Source of the DNA: Acidobacteriota bacterium
GTDB taxonomy: Bacteria; Acidobacteriota; Terriglobia; Terriglobales; SCQP01
Length of the DNA stretch: 64,000 nucleotides
Assembly (NCBI GenBank): GCA_021818955.1
Contig: JAKASR010000002.1
Coordinates: 9,169-73,168 of the forward strand
Reading direction: 5' to 3'
The translations under genes and the position numbers were made by a program. The notes under the pieces are model-generated. The model was not told the DNA's origin and ran no database searches. It saw only the letters and a program-made list of their open reading frames with translations. Position 1 is the stretch's first letter; every line of letters begins with the position of its first letter. Shown here in pieces: positions 32,565 through 42,898 of the stretch.

Positions 32565-33905
32565 ATGAAGAATTACTTCGGAACCGATGGCATACGCGGG
32601 GTGGCGGGAAAGTTTCCGCTCGATATTCCCACGGTTTATGCCATTGGCGTGGCGCTGGGGGGCTGGTTGCACGACCGCCGGCTCTCCGGCCCAGTGGTGG
32701 TTGGGCAGGACACCCGCGAAAGCGGGCGCTGGATCGCCGAAACTTTGGCCGGAGGGCTGCGCAGCCAGGAGCGCGAATCCAGCTTCGCTGGAATCATCAC
32801 CACTCCGGGCATTGCTTTTCTATCGCGGCGCAACGGCGTCAAAGCCGGGGTCATGATTTCGGCCTCTCACAATCATTACCTCGATAACGGCATTAAAATT
32901 TTTGGACATGACGGCTACAAGCTGCCTGATGAGGTGGAAGGCGAACTGGAAAACCGAATTCAAGCAGAGCTGGCGCGAGTTGCCCAGCCACAGCCGGAAT
33001 CGCTCGAAGAAAACGCAAGCGGGCGGGAAGCCTATCTGGAATACCTGGCCGGACGCTTAGGCGGCCAAAAATTAGCTGCTTTGCACGTCGTGCTCGATTG
33101 CGCGCATGGCGCGGCGAGCGAATTGGCGCCGGCTTTATTTCGCCGCTTAGGCTGCAAGATAACGGTGCTGAACGCCGCGCCGGATGGACGCAATATCAAC
33201 GCGGTATGCGGCTCATTGCATCCGGAAGCCATGGCGGCGGCGGTGGTGGCGAATGGCGCCGATTGTGGCCTGGCTTTCGATGGCGATGCCGATCGGGTGA
33301 TCTTCGCCGATCATCAGGGCCGGATAATGGATGGAGACGAAGTCCTGCTGGTGCTTGCGCGCGCGCTAAAACTGCGGCGCCAGCTCGATCCGCCGCTGGT
33401 CATTGCCACAGTGATGTCGAATTTAGCCTTGGAACTGGTGCTGCGGGCCGAAAACATTGATTTCCAACGCACATCGGTGGGCGATAAATACGTGCTTGAG
33501 GCGATGTTGCAAACAGGCGCCCAATTGGGCGGCGAGCCTTCCGGACATATCATTTGCCTGGCCGACGCGACGACGGGCGACGGCTTGCTTACCGGCCTAC
33601 GGGTGCTGGAGGTGATTGCCGGTGGAATACCGTTGGCTGAGTTGCGCTCCGGCTACACAGCTTTCCCCCAGCAAATCGTGAATGTGCGCGTACGGGAAAA
33701 ACTGCCGATGGAGCAATTGCCCGCAGTGCGCCGGGTAATCGCCGAAGCGGAGCAATTTTTCCAGGGACGCGGACGCGTCCTGGTACGCTATTCCGGCACC
33801 GAGCCGCTGGCGCGAGTGATGGTGGAAGCCAGCAATGATGCCGAAGTACGGCATCACGCCGCCTCGATTGCCCATGCCATCCGAGACGCTATAGGCCAAT
33901 CTTAA
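32565..33905 (+). CDS. glmM: Phosphoglucosamine mutase
   Basis: YFGTDGIRG, ISASHN, DGDADR, GGEPSGH, VRYSGTEP. Confidence 0.96.
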   Translation: MKNYFGTDGIRGVAGKFPLDIPTVYAIGVALGGWLHDRRLSGPVVVGQDTRESGRWIAETLAGGLRSQERESSFAGIITTPGIAFLSRRNGVKAGVMISASHNHYLDNGIKIFGHDGYKLPDEVEGELENRIQAELARVAQPQPESLEENASGREAYLEYLAGRLGGQKLAALHVVLDCAHGAASELAPALFRRLGCKITVLNAAPDGRNINAVCGSLHPEAMAAAVVANGADCGLAFDGDADRVIFADHQGRIMDGDEVLLVLARALKLRRQLDPPLVIATVMSNLALELVLRAENIDFQRTSVGDKYVLEAMLQTGAQLGGEPSGHIICLADATTGDGLLTGLRVLEVIAGGIPLAELRSGYTAFPQQIVNVRVREKLPMEQLPAVRRVIAEAEQFFQGRGRVLVRYSGTEPLARVMVEASNDAEVRHHAASIAHAIRDAIGQS

Positions 33906-34036
33906 AAAGACTTTCGGTTGCGCCAGGCTTGCCAAGGCGAGCACAGCCTTGCAAGTCAAATCATTCAACCCGTTCTGCCAATGCTGAATTGGCAGAACGG
34001 GGATCAAGTGCCGCGGGCTTTCAACGGCTCGGGCTC

Positions 34037-35845
34037 TCAATGCGTGATATCGGACGTATCGGAGGATGGAGTCGCCGACACCGAGCCTGTTGCCGCCATT
34101 TGGAACTGATTCCTTTGCAGATACGGCCGCTGCGGCGTCACCTGGAACGGCATTTTTTCCGCCGCCGATAACAAGGTCACGGGAGGCGCCTTGAACATCT
34201 CCACCTGGTCTAACCAGGGTTGTACCTGAAGGCGGCTGCCTAGCGGCAGCGCTTCGATTTGCTTTACGTTGGCGAACTGCAACTTCGGCGCATTGCGCAG
34301 CAACGGCCCCAGGCCCTGGACCTTACCATTGTGAATTAATGGATTGCCAATAAAGTTGGGGCCCATCAGATGAGGCAGCACCTGGGCGCGGGCATTCATT
34401 GCTTCCAGGAACAATCCCACCGAAGCCAGCTTGGATTCATACGGTGAATTTTGCATCAATTGCACCGTCTCGGTGTTGATCAGGGTTTCTTGTTTGGGCG
34501 TATGCTGCAGACGGAATTGGGTAAACACCTTGTCGTCGGGAATCAACATGCGATCGTAAAAGGCGAATTTGGTGTCGATGGGCATGCCTTTGACGATCGC
34601 CGCCAGGCCGTGGGCCAGCATCGTCGCCAGGGTCGCTTCGTTCGGCAGCACGTCAACCAAGCCCCGGCTGATGACGATCGTGTGGCCGATATTAAACACC
34701 ACCATTGGCGTGACCAGCAGCACCCGGCAGCGCACGTGCGGCTGGATGTTGAGATGGTTGGTGATCTCGAGATTATTGACGACTTGTTCCAGCGTTTTAT
34801 CCACCGGGCCCGGAGGCGCCAACAATCCGGCCTTTTGCATGCGATGCAAGACATTATCTTCGGCTTCACGCTGCCACATGCGTTCCGCCACTACGGGCGA
34901 ATAAGCATCGGCGCCGCTGCTGCGGTCCTGAACAGCGCCTTCCACGATCATCTGCGAAGCGGTGGAGGCGTGGTGGGCGATTTCCAGGCCATAGCCCCAG
35001 ATGCGGGTTTCCGCGCCGAAACGGGTATGCCCGGCCAGGCCGAACATGGTCGAGCCTTTGATGTCGGATTCCTCGCTGTACACAAATGCCGGCACCCATA
35101 AGCCGGGACGGGCATTGATTCGCCAACTATCGAAGTGAAAATACCGGCTGAACAAAGGCTGCGGCACAAAGGTTCCATTAAAGCGCACCAGGTGCTTCTG
35201 CCGCGCCTCCACCCAGATGCGGCCTAAAAACGCGCCATGCACGCCAGGTTTGGGACGCACGTTAAAAACGTAACACCGCACGTTGCCTAAAAAATCCTGC
35301 CGCAAATATTTGAAATAGTAGTGGGCGCGATCAAAACGCATGGGATCGGGAAACAACATGTCCACAAAGCCCGCGGACAGGTAATGCAGCGAATAAAAAT
35401 GACTGACGGCGCTGAGGATGCCCATGCCCCAGCCGGGATGGTTAAGATACGTTTGATCTTGCGCATACCCATGACTGTAATCCAGTTGGCCGAGGTAATA
35501 ATGATCGCTAATCGGGACGTCCCCTAATACCGGGTCCAGGCGAAAGTCCTGGATATAGGTTTCGACCACAGGATGGTAGCTCTTCATCATCTGATAGAGC
35601 TGTTTTTCCTGGCGCGCCATCGTATCAATGATGGCGGCCGCGGTAAGACCTGGTCCCGAAGCGGCCGCTCCGGCCGCAGGAGCTGCCGGGGTAGAGCTGG
35701 CCGATGCCGGGCCGGGCGGGTGCTGCGTGGCCGAACGAGGCGGGGCAGTGGTTTTCGCGGCGGGCGCCTGCGCGTACAGAAACAACCCTGGCCATAACCC
35801 GAGCAAAACCAGATAGCGAAGTGCAGAAGATCGCAGCATGATCAC
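34037..35845 (-). CDS. Secreted protein with degenerate M48 peptidase-like domain
   Basis: Signal peptide; IVISRGLVDVLPNEATLATMLAHGLA resembles the M48 context but HExxH is lost. Confidence 0.6.
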   Translation of the reverse strand: MIMLRSSALRYLVLLGLWPGLFLYAQAPAAKTTAPPRSATQHPPGPASASSTPAAPAAGAAASGPGLTAAAIIDTMARQEKQLYQMMKSYHPVVETYIQDFRLDPVLGDVPISDHYYLGQLDYSHGYAQDQTYLNHPGWGMGILSAVSHFYSLHYLSAGFVDMLFPDPMRFDRAHYYFKYLRQDFLGNVRCYVFNVRPKPGVHGAFLGRIWVEARQKHLVRFNGTFVPQPLFSRYFHFDSWRINARPGLWVPAFVYSEESDIKGSTMFGLAGHTRFGAETRIWGYGLEIAHHASTASQMIVEGAVQDRSSGADAYSPVVAERMWQREAEDNVLHRMQKAGLLAPPGPVDKTLEQVVNNLEITNHLNIQPHVRCRVLLVTPMVVFNIGHTIVISRGLVDVLPNEATLATMLAHGLAAIVKGMPIDTKFAFYDRMLIPDDKVFTQFRLQHTPKQETLINTETVQLMQNSPYESKLASVGLFLEAMNARAQVLPHLMGPNFIGNPLIHNGKVQGLGPLLRNAPKLQFANVKQIEALPLGSRLQVQPWLDQVEMFKAPPVTLLSAAEKMPFQVTPQRPYLQRNQFQMAATGSVSATPSSDTSDITH

Positions 35846-35849
35846 CTCT

Positions 35850-36974
35850 TCAATGCGCCAAGCGGAAACGAATTCGAATCCGGGCGGGATAGTTTACGGG
35901 TGAGCCGCCACGCAAAGCAGGTTGGAAACGGATACCCTGCGCGGCAGCTATGGCGGCTTGATCCAAACCACCGCCTAAGCCCTGAACCACGTGCAAGACT
36001 TTGACCTGGCCGGAAGCCAGGAAGATGACCGATAGCCAGACGTCACCTTGCAGATGTTGGGCGCGCGCCGTGGCGGTGTATTGCGGATGCGGCTTATAAA
36101 GAATGACCACCGAACGGGTTTGGGGTTGCACCGGAGCCGCCGCTCGCCGCGCTGGCGTAGCGGATTCCGTTTGTCCGAAACCGGCACTTTGTACGGAGCC
36201 GGAAGGCCCGCTAGCCACTCCACCATTCTCGCCGCTGCCAAATCCGATCCGGGCGATGGCTCCAGCGGCGCCATGCCGTCCGCCGGAGCCATTGCCTTGA
36301 CCTGGACCTTCGGGTAAACCGAACGAGCCCACATGCATGACGTTCCCATGCTTGGCATATCGGGGCCCGTGAACCCCATTCGGATCGCCGAAACCGCCGG
36401 TTTGCACCTTTTTCGGATCCAACTGCCGCTTCGGTCCGACGTGCGGCGCGCCGAAAAATGCGCCGGTATGAACTTGCGCCGCGGGCCGGCGCACCACATT
36501 CTTCACCACCGAGTTGAAATTGGCCATGCGCACGATCCGCTGGGGCTTGGGCAGGACGATTTTCGGCAGCCGCAACGGATCGCGCAGCAGCACCGTTTTG
36601 GGCTTCGGCAAAGCTTGCGGTTTCGGCCGATGCAGGCGCGGAGGGGTCGGCGGCGGCGGGGTTTTCATCTCCACCAGATGCCGTAACGCCCGCGGCATGC
36701 GCATTGGATGAATTTTGGGCGGCGGTTGCGGCGGCTGCATCGGGTACAACAGCGTCTCATAGCGCGGATGAAAAATTTTCTGCGCGCCGACTCTGAAGCC
36801 AAACGCAATCAGCAACGCCATGAGAATGCACTGCACCACAAAGCCGACCCCATAACTGCTCCAGGGCACTTTGCCGGGGACAAGGCTGTGGAATTGTGGC
36901 ACCCGAGTATCCGGCGGCGCGGCATCTTTCCGCGTCGTCTTCTCCGGCTTTGGCATGAGCTGTAGTTCCACCAT
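35850..36974 (-). CDS. TonB-family energy transducer
   Basis: TM helix, Pro-rich then Gly-rich linker, TonB C-terminal PQYTATAR...LQGDV...FQPA. Confidence 0.88.
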   Translation of the reverse strand: MVELQLMPKPEKTTRKDAAPPDTRVPQFHSLVPGKVPWSSYGVGFVVQCILMALLIAFGFRVGAQKIFHPRYETLLYPMQPPQPPPKIHPMRMPRALRHLVEMKTPPPPTPPRLHRPKPQALPKPKTVLLRDPLRLPKIVLPKPQRIVRMANFNSVVKNVVRRPAAQVHTGAFFGAPHVGPKRQLDPKKVQTGGFGDPNGVHGPRYAKHGNVMHVGSFGLPEGPGQGNGSGGRHGAAGAIARIGFGSGENGGVASGPSGSVQSAGFGQTESATPARRAAAPVQPQTRSVVILYKPHPQYTATARAQHLQGDVWLSVIFLASGQVKVLHVVQGLGGGLDQAAIAAAQGIRFQPALRGGSPVNYPARIRIRFRLAH

Positions 36975-37304
36975 TTTTTTCTCTTTCGGTGCACGTTCAG
37001 CGCCATTGCAACCAGCTCGTGCGCTTTCTTTCTAAATTCTTGAAAGCGGAGAATTAAACCCTTGAGATTGCGCGATTTAAATGGGCCTGCCGAATCCAGC
37101 TCAGGCGACGCCGTGGAAACGAACTTCACCCTGTGGCGCCGAAGCAGGTAAAAGCGTCGTTAACCTGCAGTTTTTTATTACCTGCCTTCATAAGTGCATT
37201 CGAGAGTTGTCCTGTGCAAAGATTCCGAGATGAGCGCCGGCCGAAACTGCAAAAATTTGCACAAGCCGCGCGCGCCCTTTCCGGCACAATGCTTAGTAAG
37301 CAGC

Positions 37305-38219
37305 ATGCGGATCAGGGAACTCAGGCAAAGCGCGCGGGAGCATTTGCGGCAAGCGGCAAGCAGCCAGCCCGAAGCCAGCGCGGATATATTGCTGGCGCGC
37401 GCGCTCGGCCAAAACATCGCCTGGCTCTATGCCCATCCCGAAGCGGAAATCGAGCCGGATAAATTGCGCATTTTCGAAAGCTGGTTGCACCGGCGCGCTA
37501 CCGGCCAGCCCACGCAATATATTACCGGGGTGCAGGAATTTTATGGACGCGAGTTTCACGTCAATCCTGCCGTACTGGTCCCGCGGCCAGAAACAGAGAT
37601 ATTGATCGAAGCCGCTCTCGAGCGAGCCCTGCAGTTTCCCGCGCCGCGCATCGCCGATATCGGGACAGGTTCGGGATGCATCGCGATCACACTGGCACTG
37701 GAGCTGGCCGCTCGACATCATGCCGCTCAAGTTTGGGGAGTGGATATTTCCGCCCCGGCTTTGGCCGTGGCGCAAGCGAATGCCCGAAATTTACGCGCCC
37801 CTGTACAGTGGCTACAAGGAGACCTGCTGGAGCCCTGGCGGCGCGAACTCTCAGACTTCGAGGCGGTGAACGCGCCAGAGCATTTGGACATGATCGTCTC
37901 GAACCCGCCTTATATCGCCGAAACCGAACTCGAATCCTTGCAAAAGGAAGTGCGCGAGCATGAACCGCGGCTAGCGCTGATTGCCGGGCCAACCGGTATG
38001 GAGGCCTACGACCGGCTACTTCCCCAAGCTCGAGAGCTTTTACATGAAGGCGGTTGGCTGATTTTGGAATTGGGGCATGCGACCGCCTGGCAGATTTTGC
38101 CGGTATTGCAGAATCCGGACTGGAATGCATTGGAAATTCGCAAGGATCTTCAGGGCATTCCGCGCGTATTAATCGCTCGACGCGCCCATGATCGGGAACT
38201 ATCCAGGCAGGCAAAATAA
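37305..38219 (+). CDS. prmC: Release factor glutamine methyltransferase
   Basis: PTQYITG, VLVPRPETE, DIGTGSG, SNPPY. Confidence 0.95.
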   Translation: MRIRELRQSAREHLRQAASSQPEASADILLARALGQNIAWLYAHPEAEIEPDKLRIFESWLHRRATGQPTQYITGVQEFYGREFHVNPAVLVPRPETEILIEAALERALQFPAPRIADIGTGSGCIAITLALELAARHHAAQVWGVDISAPALAVAQANARNLRAPVQWLQGDLLEPWRRELSDFEAVNAPEHLDMIVSNPPYIAETELESLQKEVREHEPRLALIAGPTGMEAYDRLLPQARELLHEGGWLILELGHATAWQILPVLQNPDWNALEIRKDLQGIPRVLIARRAHDRELSRQAK

Positions 38220-38326
38220 AAAATGTCCACGATCACAATCAACCGCCCTCGCGCCCGCATCTGGCGTGGATTGCAAGGCAGTGATAGCCTGTTGACAGCC
38301 CTTTTACGGGCCGCAAGGGCGGCATT

Positions 38327-38647
38327 GTGGCAAACAAAACTGAAATCTCCAAAGCTGATCTGAATTCCCAAATCCTGCATTTGATTGCTGAAGAAATGGC
38401 AATCGAAGAGGCGGAACTTTCGCCTGATGTCTCATTTACCGATGATTTGAACCTGGATGAAATCGATATCGCCGAGCTTTTAATGCAAGCGGAACGCCAG
38501 TTGGGCGCGCGGGAGTTCAGTGACGCGGAATGGGAAGAGGTTCGCACCGTAGGCGATTATCTACAACTGGTCGAACAACATCTGGAGCGCAAGCCCAAAA
38601 CCAAAACTCATGCCAAGCCGGCCACGGCCAAGAAAAAGAAAAAATAG
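38327..38647 (+). CDS. Acyl-carrier-protein-like protein lacking the phosphopantetheine Ser
   Basis: SFTDDLNLDEIDIAELLM...VRTVGD aligns with ACP, but DSLD reads DEID; Lys-rich tail. Confidence 0.75.
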   Translation: MANKTEISKADLNSQILHLIAEEMAIEEAELSPDVSFTDDLNLDEIDIAELLMQAERQLGAREFSDAEWEEVRTVGDYLQLVEQHLERKPKTKTHAKPATAKKKKK

Positions 38648-38728
38648 GTTAAGTCATTGAAAATAAAGGCTAAATAATTTTCCGGCCCGGCGTTTGTGCG
38701 CGCTCCAACCGGCCGGCGTGAATAAGGT

Positions 38729-38757
38729 TTGTCCTTGGCTCTTTTTCCTGTTAGTCT
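38729..38757 (+). promoter_or_regulatory. Sigma70-type promoter of dprA, probably giving leaderless mRNA
   Basis: TTGTCC, 17 bp, TG-n-TAGTCT, 7 nt before ATG 38765; no SD. Confidence 0.5.
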
Positions 38758-38764
38758 CGCCGCG

Positions 38765-39916
38765 ATGAATCCCGCACCCTCCCCCGCCGATTCGCGCATT
38801 CTTTGGCTGGGGCTACATCTGACGCCCAATTTGGGAGCGCGAGGCATCGAGCGCCTGATGGAAAATTTCGGCGCAATTGAGGCAATCTATCAAGCCAGCT
38901 TGACTGAATTGGAAGCTTGCCAGATCGCCCCCGCCGCCGCTCAGTATATTCATGACGGGCGTGCTTTAGCCGAAGGTGAAAGAGAATTTCAAGCCGCCTC
39001 CCTATTGGGAATTGAAATACTGACCCGTGGCGATCATGCCTACCCACCATTGCTGGCCGAAATCCCGGATCCGCCGTTTGTAATGTATGTACGCGGTTCA
39101 GCCGCGAAGCTGCAGGAATTGAGCATAGCCGTAGTGGGCACTCGCCACCCCACGCCGTATGGGCGGTTGATGACGGAACGGTTGGGAGCAGGTCTGGCGC
39201 AATCGGGGCTGGCCGTGGTCAGCGGGTTGGCACGGGGTATTGACTCATTGGCGCAAAAAGCCTGCCTGGATGCGGGAGGACTGACCATAGCGGTTTTAGG
39301 CACCGGAGTGGATGTGATCTACCCACGCGAGAACACCGCTTTAGCCAATGCAATTTTAGAAAAAGGAGGGGTGCTATTATCAGAATTCGCATTGGGAACG
39401 CCGGCAACCCCGCAAAATTTTCCTATCCGCAATCGACTGATCAGCGGTTTAAGTTTAGGCGTGCTTGTAGTGGAAGGTGGCGAGCATAGCGGCTCGCGTA
39501 TTACCGCGCGGTTGGCTTTGGAACAGAATCGGGATCTATACGCCATCCCAGGCCTGGTGACACAAAAGCAAGCCTGGCTGCCCAATCACCTGATCCGCGA
39601 AGGCGGCAAGCTTGTTCGCATGGCGGAGGATATCCTGGAGGAGTTGCCCACTTGGGTAAAGCAGCGATTGCAGCCATTACCGGGTAGTAGAAACACCGGG
39701 GAGCCAACAAATGTACCGGCTCGCTCCAGCCTGGCCGAACCTGCGCGCCGGGTATTATCGGCGCTTCGTTTGGAAGAAGCGACCCAACTTGAAGTCCTGC
39801 AGGATCGCCTCGGCGGGGACTTCACTCCAGCCAAACTGCTGGCCTTATTATTTGAACTGGAATTGTCCGGTTGGGTCCGCCAGATGCCAGGGCAATTTTA
39901 TGTCCGGGCGCATTAG
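38765..39916 (+). CDS. dprA: DNA-processing protein DprA
   Basis: YPPLLAEIPDPP, AVVGTR, VSGLARGID, FPIRNRLISG; directly upstream of topA. Confidence 0.95.
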   Translation: MNPAPSPADSRILWLGLHLTPNLGARGIERLMENFGAIEAIYQASLTELEACQIAPAAAQYIHDGRALAEGEREFQAASLLGIEILTRGDHAYPPLLAEIPDPPFVMYVRGSAAKLQELSIAVVGTRHPTPYGRLMTERLGAGLAQSGLAVVSGLARGIDSLAQKACLDAGGLTIAVLGTGVDVIYPRENTALANAILEKGGVLLSEFALGTPATPQNFPIRNRLISGLSLGVLVVEGGEHSGSRITARLALEQNRDLYAIPGLVTQKQAWLPNHLIREGGKLVRMAEDILEELPTWVKQRLQPLPGSRNTGEPTNVPARSSLAEPARRVLSALRLEEATQLEVLQDRLGGDFTPAKLLALLFELELSGWVRQMPGQFYVRAH

Positions 39917-40139
39917 AGTGCGGAATGGGAGCAAGCCTTGATGCATCCGATTGAAATTTAAGAAGTTGTATCCTTCTCCTGGCGGGAAGCATCAGCTTTA
40001 TGACTACCGCTTCCGGTGCTGCTACGCACGCAATGCACCGGATATGTTACGCTCCCAAAAAGACTGACCCCCCGCAGGCCGGACCTGATCGCCGGAAGTT
40101 ATTTAACTGGCGCAAAGGAAAAAAGGGTAGAGCGAAGCA

Positions 40140-42605
40140 ATGCCTAAAAAGAAAGCCATCGTCATTGTCGAATCACCGGCGAAGGCGAAAACCATTACCA
40201 AGTACCTTGGCCCCGGATTTGACGTGCTTGCGTCGCTAGGGCATATCAAAGATCTGCCCAAGCGTGACCTGGGGGTGGATATCGAGCATGATTTTGAGCC
40301 CACTTACACCGTGATCCCGGGTAAAGAAAAAGTTTTGGCTCAACTCAAAAAATCCGCCAAGGGAGCAGATTTCATCTATCTGGCCGCCGACCCCGACCGC
40401 GAAGGCGAAGCCATATGCCAGCACCTGGCCGAGGAGCTGGCCGATGGCGGCAAACGCACAATTCAGCGGGTCAGTTTCAATGAAATCACCCGCCATGGCG
40501 TGGAACATGGGTTTGCCCACCCGACGGAAATTGATCGCAACCTGGTGAATGCGCAACAGGCGCGCCGGGTCCTGGACCGGCTGGTCGGATATCAGATTTC
40601 GCCGCTGTTGTGGGACCGTGTACGGCGGGGCATCTCCGCCGGGCGCGTGCAAACGGTGGCATTACGCCTGGTGGTGGAGCGCGAACGCGAAATCCGCGCG
40701 TTCATCAAACGCGAGTACTGGACGCTGGATGCCCACCTCTCCGCCGGCAAGCCGCCTTACTTCGATGCCCGGCTGGTGCGCCGGCTGCAGGCGGACGGCT
40801 CGCCGGAAAAAGACGAATTGGCCGTCAGCGATGCGGTCCAGGCCGAACAATTACAGCAGGCGCTGCAGGCGGCATCGTATCGCGTTCATTCGGTTGAAAC
40901 CCGGGAGCGCCGCCGCAATGCCCCCCCGCCATTCATCACCAGCAAACTGCAGCAAGACGCGGGACGCAAGCTGCGCTTCAGCGTCAAGCGCACGATGATG
41001 CTGGCCCAACGGCTCTATGAAGGCAAGGAACTGGGCTCGGAAGGCCTGGTCGGCTTGATCACCTACATGCGCACCGATTCCACCCGCGTTTCCGACGAAG
41101 CCTTGAGCGAGGTGCGGCAATATCTGCAGGGGCAATTCGGCGCCCATTATCTGCCGGAACAACCCAACCGGCATCCCAGCAAGAAAGGCGCCCAGGACGC
41201 ACACGAAGCCATTCGCCCCACCTCCGTCGTGCGCGATCCGGAATCCATCAAAGCCTACCTGGCCGAGGACGAATACAAAATTTATAAGCTGATCTGGCAG
41301 CGTTTCGTCGCCTCGCAAATGCCCGCCGCGGTCTTCGATCAGACCGTGGTTGAAATTGACGCCCAGCCTCAAGATGGCGCTTTGGGCTATCGCTTGCGTG
41401 TAACCGGCTCGGTCCCGAAATTCGACGGTTTTCTCCGTGTCTATGAAGAAAGCAAAGAGAAAGAGGATGAAGAGGACGACGCCCTTAAGCACAAGCTGCC
41501 GCCGCTGGAAACCGGCCAAGCGCTCAAATTGCTGGAACTCAAACCCGAACAGCACTTCACCGAACCCCCTGCGCGCTACACGGAAGCCGCCTTGGTCAAG
41601 ATGCTGGAAGAGAAAGGCATCGGCCGGCCCTCGACCTATGCCACCATCCTGACCACCATCCAGGAGCGCGGTTACGCCAACAAACAAGGCGGAAAGTTTA
41701 TTCCTACCGAGCTGGGCTTCGTGGTGAACGATCTGCTGGTGGAAAATTTTCAGGATATTTTCGACACCGCTTATACCGCCCGGCTGGAAGAAAAGCTCGA
41801 TGACATCGAGGACGGCCGCGAACGCTGGACGGAAACGCTGGCTGATTTCTATCAAAAGTTCTCCCGCAACCTGGCTTATGCCGAGCGCCACATGCCCGAC
41901 ATCAAGCGCATGGAGCGCCCGACCGAACTGGTTTGCGAGAAATGCGGCAAGCCGATGGTCGTCCGCTGGGGCAAGCACGGCTCGTTCCTGGGTTGCAGCG
42001 GCTACCCGGAATGCACGAACACGCGCGAATTGGCCGTCGACCTGCCCGACCTGGACCAAGCTGAACTCACCGAACAAAATCAGGACGAATACTGCGAAAA
42101 CTGCGGACGCCCGATGGCGCTCAAGCGCGGCCGTTTTGGCCAGTTCCTCGCCTGCACCGGTTACCCGGAATGTAAAACCACGCGCCGCCTCGATTCTTCC
42201 GGACAAAAACAGCCCGATGTGGCACTTACCGAAACTTGCCCGCAGTGCGGCCGCAACCTGATCATCAAGCATGGCCGCTACGGCGAGTTCACTTCCTGCA
42301 GCGGCTATCCCGAATGCAAATACATCAAACAAAACTTCATCGGCATGAAATGTCCCGAATGCGGCGAAGGCGAGTTGATTGAAAAACGCTCGCGGCGCGG
42401 CAAGGTGTTCTATGGCTGCAATCGCTACCCGAAATGCAAATTCAGCAAATGGCAGCGCCCGGTTCCTGAACCCTGTCCGGAATGCAAAACACCTTATTTG
42501 ATTCGGAAATTTTCCAAGTCTGGATCGAAGCTGGTGTGCGAAAACGAAGCCTGCAGCTATGAGCGGCCGATTGAAGACGACCAGCCTGCGCCCAAAAGCG
42601 CCTGA
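40140..42605 (+). CDS. topA: DNA topoisomerase I
   Basis: IVESPAKAKTI, DPDREGE, SAGRVQ, ITYMRTDS, five C-terminal C4 zinc ribbons. Confidence 0.98.
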   Translation: MPKKKAIVIVESPAKAKTITKYLGPGFDVLASLGHIKDLPKRDLGVDIEHDFEPTYTVIPGKEKVLAQLKKSAKGADFIYLAADPDREGEAICQHLAEELADGGKRTIQRVSFNEITRHGVEHGFAHPTEIDRNLVNAQQARRVLDRLVGYQISPLLWDRVRRGISAGRVQTVALRLVVEREREIRAFIKREYWTLDAHLSAGKPPYFDARLVRRLQADGSPEKDELAVSDAVQAEQLQQALQAASYRVHSVETRERRRNAPPPFITSKLQQDAGRKLRFSVKRTMMLAQRLYEGKELGSEGLVGLITYMRTDSTRVSDEALSEVRQYLQGQFGAHYLPEQPNRHPSKKGAQDAHEAIRPTSVVRDPESIKAYLAEDEYKIYKLIWQRFVASQMPAAVFDQTVVEIDAQPQDGALGYRLRVTGSVPKFDGFLRVYEESKEKEDEEDDALKHKLPPLETGQALKLLELKPEQHFTEPPARYTEAALVKMLEEKGIGRPSTYATILTTIQERGYANKQGGKFIPTELGFVVNDLLVENFQDIFDTAYTARLEEKLDDIEDGRERWTETLADFYQKFSRNLAYAERHMPDIKRMERPTELVCEKCGKPMVVRWGKHGSFLGCSGYPECTNTRELAVDLPDLDQAELTEQNQDEYCENCGRPMALKRGRFGQFLACTGYPECKTTRRLDSSGQKQPDVALTETCPQCGRNLIIKHGRYGEFTSCSGYPECKYIKQNFIGMKCPECGEGELIEKRSRRGKVFYGCNRYPKCKFSKWQRPVPEPCPECKTPYLIRKFSKSGSKLVCENEACSYERPIEDDQPAPKSA

Positions 42606-42796
42606 GTCGCCCATTTGGTTAACCAGCCGCGCTTATACCAAAATTGGAATTTTCGCGATTCCGGTTCTATGAAAATCTACACTTACCTTCGGGAAGCAAC
42701 TTACAACTCTATTTGCATCAATACTTTATCTGCTGTTCTGATCGGTTTGAAAATTGCTGGATAGGTTGCAAGGTCAGTGGGAAAAGTTAGCCAAAC

Positions 42797-42838
42797 AAAA
42801 AGGTAGCCAACCGGTCGAGTGTGTGGCTACCTTTTTTT
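42797..42838. terminator. Intrinsic terminator-like hairpin, possibly bidirectional
   Basis: AAAAAGGTAGCCA-loop-TGGCTACCTTTTTTT. Confidence 0.7.
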
Positions 42839-42898
42839 GTGGCGCGGTCAGCGGTTTAAAATAGAGATGCACCGGACGGTTCCGGCAGCCCCCCAGAT

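Noticed and set aside
40851-42614. Long antisense ORFs (also 471-1700, 22283-23482, 19930-20913 and others)
   Set aside because: Shadow frames opposite well-supported genes in GC-rich DNA; no motifs
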